From Ramazzottius varieornatus (taxonomy: Eukaryota > Animalia > Tardigrada), in the NCBI GenBank assembly GCA_001949185.1, contig BDGG01000013.1, positions 248,001 through 312,000 of the forward strand: DNA of 64,000 nucleotides, in the 5' to 3' direction. The number at the start of each line of letters is the position of its first letter. Positions within the stretch are counted from its first letter, which is position 1. The notes under the pieces were generated by a model, which saw only the letters and a list, made by a program, of their open reading frames with translations, searched no databases and was not told where the DNA came from. The translations under genes and the position numbers were made by a program. Shown here one piece after another: positions 58,940-64,000 of the stretch.

Positions 58940-61195
58940 TATATAAAACAAAAACAACCAACTTTTTCGTTTTTAAAATCTCAAAATCTAAACCAGCAGA
59001 AGTACATCTACATTGTTCTTGCACCACATGAAATTCGAGCAGTTTAGCCCGCTCAGATAGTTCTTAAAACTCAACAAGCTATTTACATGAAGAGCAGATG
59101 GACAAAAAAGGCTATCTTTGAACAATGCCTCGGCGATGTACGCAAACGAGCCGGAAGTGGACTCAAGAAGCTTGCAGGACAGTGGAGCGGTGGAGACAGG
59201 CAGCATCATCAGGATTTTGGCTTGACTCCTTGTTTTCAAGTTCCGGCTTGGTTCTTGGCTCTTCAGCAGACGATTACCGTTGGCAAAATTACCAGTCCAA
59301 ATTCGAAAGACGTTCACCAGGAGGTTTTCACAGCGTCGATGCCAGAGTGGCTTCCATGCGACTTCTTGCAAATGCTGGCGGTATCGCTTGAAGTCTGGAT
59401 CGTGCCTGTCTTTGTCTGCTCGGCTCAATCGGATGCTCTGCAGGAACTTCTTTTGAATGGATTCCAGCTGTCTTTGCAGGCTCTTGGTCGTAGGGAACCA
59501 GCATGACGAGGCATAGTCGTGGACTGCTCTTACGAGGCTCTTGTAAAGAAGCTGCTTCACTGCTCCATATCGTTGGGGAAAGAACGCGTTGACAGCGTAC
59601 AATCTTTGCCTGCACTTGGCCGTCACTTTGTCCACTTGGGCTGTCCATTCGAGCTTGCTTGAGAATGTTACGCCGAGGCAAACTGCTTCATTCACCAAAG
59701 GGATCTTCCTGCCACTAAACACGTAGTTTTCGCCTGGAACCTTCACACTCTTGTCCCGCTTGTTCGAGATCCGGAGGTGTTGCGACTTTTCCGGATTGAT
59801 TTTGAGGCCGACTTCTTTACACCATGCTTCTAACCGTTGGAGATCTTGCTGGAGGACAACGTAGTCTTCATGTTTCTTGATTGTTCGAGACAGAACAATG
59901 TCATCGGCGTACTGCATGACCGTGGAACTGATGCTTTTGGCTAGGCTGTTAACGGCAATGGTGAAGAGAAGTGGGCCAAGAATTGAACCCTGCGGCACAC
60001 CAGATGGGACAGATTGTTCCGACGAGAAATGTCCCTCAACCACGACCCTTTGGCTCCTTCCTTTCAAGTAATCAGACAGCAAACCTTTCATCTCACCATT
60101 CACTCCATGACTTGACAGGCTAGTGACGATGGACGAGTGCGGAAGCTTGTCGAAGGCTTTCGAACAGTCCAAAAGAACCACGTCTTCTTCGTCTCTTTGT
60201 AAGAGGGTTTGCGAGTATTGGTGAGCCATATGGAGCAACTGCATTTCCGTCGACCTCTGCTTTCTGAATCCGTACTGCGTATCTGAAAGTAGATTATTCT
60301 TATCAAGATAGTTACTCAGATGACTCGCCACAATCTTCTCGAACAGCTTGGATAATGGTGGTAGAAGGGAGATGGGACGAAAGGAAGAGCTTCCCTTCTT
60401 TGGTATTGGTACCACTTCGGCCTGCTTCCACGCTGTGGGGAATTCTCTTTTGCTGACGATCAGATTGAACAGTCTTGACAAGGGATATACTACGGATGTT
60501 CCCGCGATCTTGAGTAGCTGGTTGGTTATCAGGAAGGAACCAGCAGCTTTAGCAGAGGCGTTGGATTTGCTTCAAGGCGTTGGATTTGCTTCAAGATCAC
60601 CGAGGTAGTGAAGTGAAGTGGCGCGCAGTGGGGTGTCTCTGGGGGCTCAACACGTATCGGCTCACCATGGCTAACGGTTGATGGCAGGCAGTGGCGTGGA
60701 CAGGCAGAGTACACTTAGGAGAATTCTTGGCTGATAAACTCGGCTTTGTCTTGCGGATCTACGATGTACTTCTCATCATGACCAGGTATCGGGATAGGCG
60801 GGATAGATGCAGCGGAGGTGTTCTTCTTGACATGTTTCCAGACTGCTCGGGGATTTCTGCGGGATGCTTTTGCGATGCCATAAAGACGACGATGCTTGTC
60901 AGATTGGATGATCCTTCTCTTCGAGCTCCTTCCAACTTGAATAATCTGCTTGATCCCTTGTTCTTCTCCATTTCTTAAAGGCACTTCCACATCTTCGCAA
61001 GCTATTAATAGCTCTTTCGGAGAGGGAAGGACGATGAAGACGCTTGGCTCCGACAGACTTCAACTGAAAAGCACTCTTCGCAGCAGCGATGAATTTATCC
61101 TGAAAAACAGTAACGGCAACATCGACATTGCACATCAAATCAAACACCTGGCCCCAATCAATCGATGATAGTGCAGTCTTATTTGTGACGTACAT
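58940..61195 (-). mobile_element. 5'-truncated non-LTR retrotransposon (CR1/L2/Jockey-group ORF2) with an open RT domain
   Basis: 497-aa ORF 58988-60481 with FRPISLL, QYGFR, DCSKAFD, GVPQGSILGPLLF and QYADD. Upstream part (60500-61195) is frameshifted. Confidence 0.92.
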
Positions 61196-61372
61196 AAATT
61201 ATCGGAGGTAATACAGTACTAAGCGTTGCGAGCACTACGCAATAGCCTCACACTGTGTCGGCAGCAGCAAATCAAACATCAAACTGCGCTTAACAAGTCA
61301 AAATTGCAGCTCCCTCTCTTGCAGCACTACATAACGAAGTTATGGATACTGCACTGTGACCTTACCCTATGG

Positions 61373-63572
61373 CAGTGTATTTCCGATACAACTTTTGCAG
61401 TTTGAATTACAATTATGACTAATCGAAATCCTGTGAGTAACCGTAATTCGTATTGCCGGTAGTTCGTCGTTACTGAACTGCCGATTACGATTAATCGAAA
61501 TCCAGCTTTCGACAGCAATTCAAATTTGAATTATTAGGACGATATTTTGTAATTTCAATATAGTATGCCCGTAAAGCTGTCGTTCCAGTCGCAATATTAA
61601 GGAGCGTATGGGATGCCCGTCTGTCGTGCTATATCGATCATGCAGTGCCCGAGGCATCTTATCCGGGTGCACAGATCAATTCTGGCGCGGGTTCGCCCGG
61701 CGCTAACACATAGTGGTACGATCAGCCCTTTCGCACCAGGGGGCTGAAACATGAATTTTCGCAGTACAAATTTCTCTCGTCTTTGAATTTTCTCGTGCAT
61801 CTTCTTTCCGATGTTCGCTTTGTCTTCTTTACGGATACCGTAGGTTCAAGTAAGGAGGAGTGGTCGTCGTCGAACCCGGGCTAGCCATCATCTTGGCCAC
61901 TTGTAGCGATACCATCCAACCTAGCCAGTGTTCTATCGTCGTAGAAGAGCTGAGTGACTATGTAAAAAGTGTGGGATACTGAGGAGACATGACCTGCAAT
62001 GTCGGACACGTAGATCTGTTGAAGAAAGCTATGGGAAGTTCCGAGAAGCTGAACCTTACCGCCGGTGGTCTCACAGCTTGAGGGAAGGATTGTTCCTGAC
62101 TTTCCTGTCGAGGGTAAAACCATTATTCACGCAGAGGTCCCTTATGGTTTCCCATCGTTGGTGATACAGGTGGTCCTGTGGAGCGCTTTGGTCAACTTCA
62201 CAATGTATCGTTGTGTTTTCCGAAAGAAAACATAAAGCGTACCGGTTGTAAGACAGATTTGGCCGGCTTTCTACAGCAGATCTTAATGATCTCTCGAAGT
62301 CGCTCCTCGGTTGAGTCCATGAAGCCGCGTACCGTCTTGCGTGTCGGTAAAGGCGCTCGGTAGTCCAGATGATAAATCAAGTCGTGGAAGCTTTCGTCTT
62401 CGACACCATTCAGCGTCACGGATGGCGATCGCAGATCATAGAGAGCAACTTTCTGGAGTGTACTGTCGTGCCTGTAGACAATGATCAGGGATCAGATTTT
62501 GCAATCGGAGTGGCCAGATCAGTCGATCAATCAATTTACCTTGGATGGTTTTTTTCGTACGGCTGTTTTGATTGAGCCACCTCTTCGAGCGTTACTTGTC
62601 TGAAGTAAACGCCCGAAAGGGAATCCTTCTCCTTTCAGCTTTCTGTTTTGCCAACAGTTCGAGTTATTCCTTGTAGGCTGCTGGATGCTTCTGCAGATGA
62701 ACTCTGTTATTTCCTGCAGAGCAGCCGATAAGTTGTTTCGAGCAGCCTCCAACCATGCACGTCGAATGGTCGCCTTCTTCGTCATACTTGAAGAAATTCC
62801 AAACTGGTGAGTCCTTCTTCCTTCCCCCTGCAGACTGCTCCAAATTTGGAACTCCAACGTTTAGAGTTCCAACAGAAATTATCAGCTCACTGGCAGCATA
62901 TGATGACGGCGGAGGAACGCAGTTCTTGGAGGATGTGGTCAAGTCCACGACGGATTCTATGGAAGACGTGTTGGTGGAAGGCTTCTGACCCATCTTATGC
63001 GTGTCGACCTTACGCTTTCCCTTGTTCTGCATCTCGACCATGATCGAGATGTCAGTATGAAGACTTGGAACAACACAGATTAGCGGTGGAATCTGAACGT
63101 TTCACAAAGTCACTTAAAACCTCTTCGGCTTCACTTCCGGCGATGCTTTTCTAATTTATCTCCTCGTCAAATCAATGATCAATGATACGCAATCGTAAGA
63201 GGCAAACTGCAAAAACAAGCTCCGATGTGCCAGCCTCTGAATGCGCTATAGTCCGGGGGCAGATTGGCAATGCGGGCTTGACGCTGACAGCTGTAGATTC
63301 AACCGGCGCACTTGAACTGGCAGTTTTGCAGTACTAATGCGCAATTCAAACCGACCGTAGTGTCTTATTCCGATTATGCTTATTTGAATTAAGCCCTTGT
63401 ATGATTTGAATTACGAATTAAAATACTCTGATCATTTGTCATTTGAATTTGGATTCCGATTCATATCGAAATACGTTGGCAAAAGGTTCTCAATTTGACT
63501 TGTTGTATCAGAATCCCAAAAAGGCCAAAATTAGCCATTTTCAATTATGTATTACAATAATCAACAACACTG
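61373..63572 (-). mobile_element. Defective hAT transposon with BED zinc finger
   Basis: Perfect 8-bp TSD CCCTATGG. TIR CAGTGT(A/T)(T/G)TT. ORF 62664-63041 has SPVWNFF..C...GC......G...N...HL.KH. Downstream transposase is broken. Confidence 0.92.
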
Positions 63573-64000
63573 CCCTATGGCAGTGAAGGTGATCAACTGA
63601 TCTTGACCGAGCAACGCAGCCAACATTGCCACCTGCAGAACTTGACTGGGTAAAGTATACCAGTGAGAAAAGTTAGACCTCGCTCCTCGTAGTTTTAATC
63701 TTATGCAGTTATCCTTACTGTGTTTTCTTCTGCCGATCTGGATAACATTGTGGTGTTTCCTTGTCGTCAAAACCCTGTATACCAAAGGTTTTGCTGTGTT
63801 GAGTTCGGATACTCTTGCGTGCGTGTGGCGCTGAATCCACAGAGAGTGCCCAGTGTATCCTTTGCAGGAATCGGACTTACAGTCCGGAAATACTTTATGG
63901 TTTGTGCTTGAAAGATGTCTGGTCGGAGTTTCGAAAAGTTCGCGGAACTAGCATCCAAGATCATCGCGGTCGGGAAGAACTACGCAGATCATATAAAGGT

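Noticed and set aside
63581-64000. Possible decayed minus-strand coding sequence interrupted by the hAT element
   Set aside because: Multiple stops, no recognisable motif, and truncated by the window edge.

Overview
Compact metazoan nuclear DNA with short GT-AG introns and roughly balanced GC. The style fits a tardigrade such as Ramazzottius varieornatus, but that is an inference I cannot confirm. The window has two kinds of territory. (1) Gene-dense blocks: MBOAT7 (40-2130), a PRDM-type SET/zinc-finger gene (18.0-21.9 kb), and from 29.4-54.4 kb a small hydrophilic orphan, SAS-4/CENPJ, PAICS, AP3D1, GTF2F2, ZNF622, a DPY30-domain gene, a TTF-type zinc-finger gene, FOXRED1 and NUDT2. (2) Transposon graveyards at about 3-17.8, 22-28.9 and 55.5-64 kb, holding pogo/Tigger, Tc1/mariner, PIF/Harbinger, hAT and non-LTR remnants, many MITEs with readable TIRs/TSDs, and two BTB pseudogenes. 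The most striking unexplained signal is a ~120-nt palindromic element (core CCAAGTGGCGCAC-N~24-GTGCGCCACTTGG). It occurs at about 16 loci, about 14 of them inside the longer introns of 8 different genes, and is nearly absent from the TE graveyards. A second, unrelated family with the same inverted-arm/fixed-loop design (GTACCTGCATAC-N~30-GTATGCAGGTAC) occupies other long introns. No rRNA, tRNA or CRISPR array was found. Exon coordinates were read by eye and may be off by a few bases.
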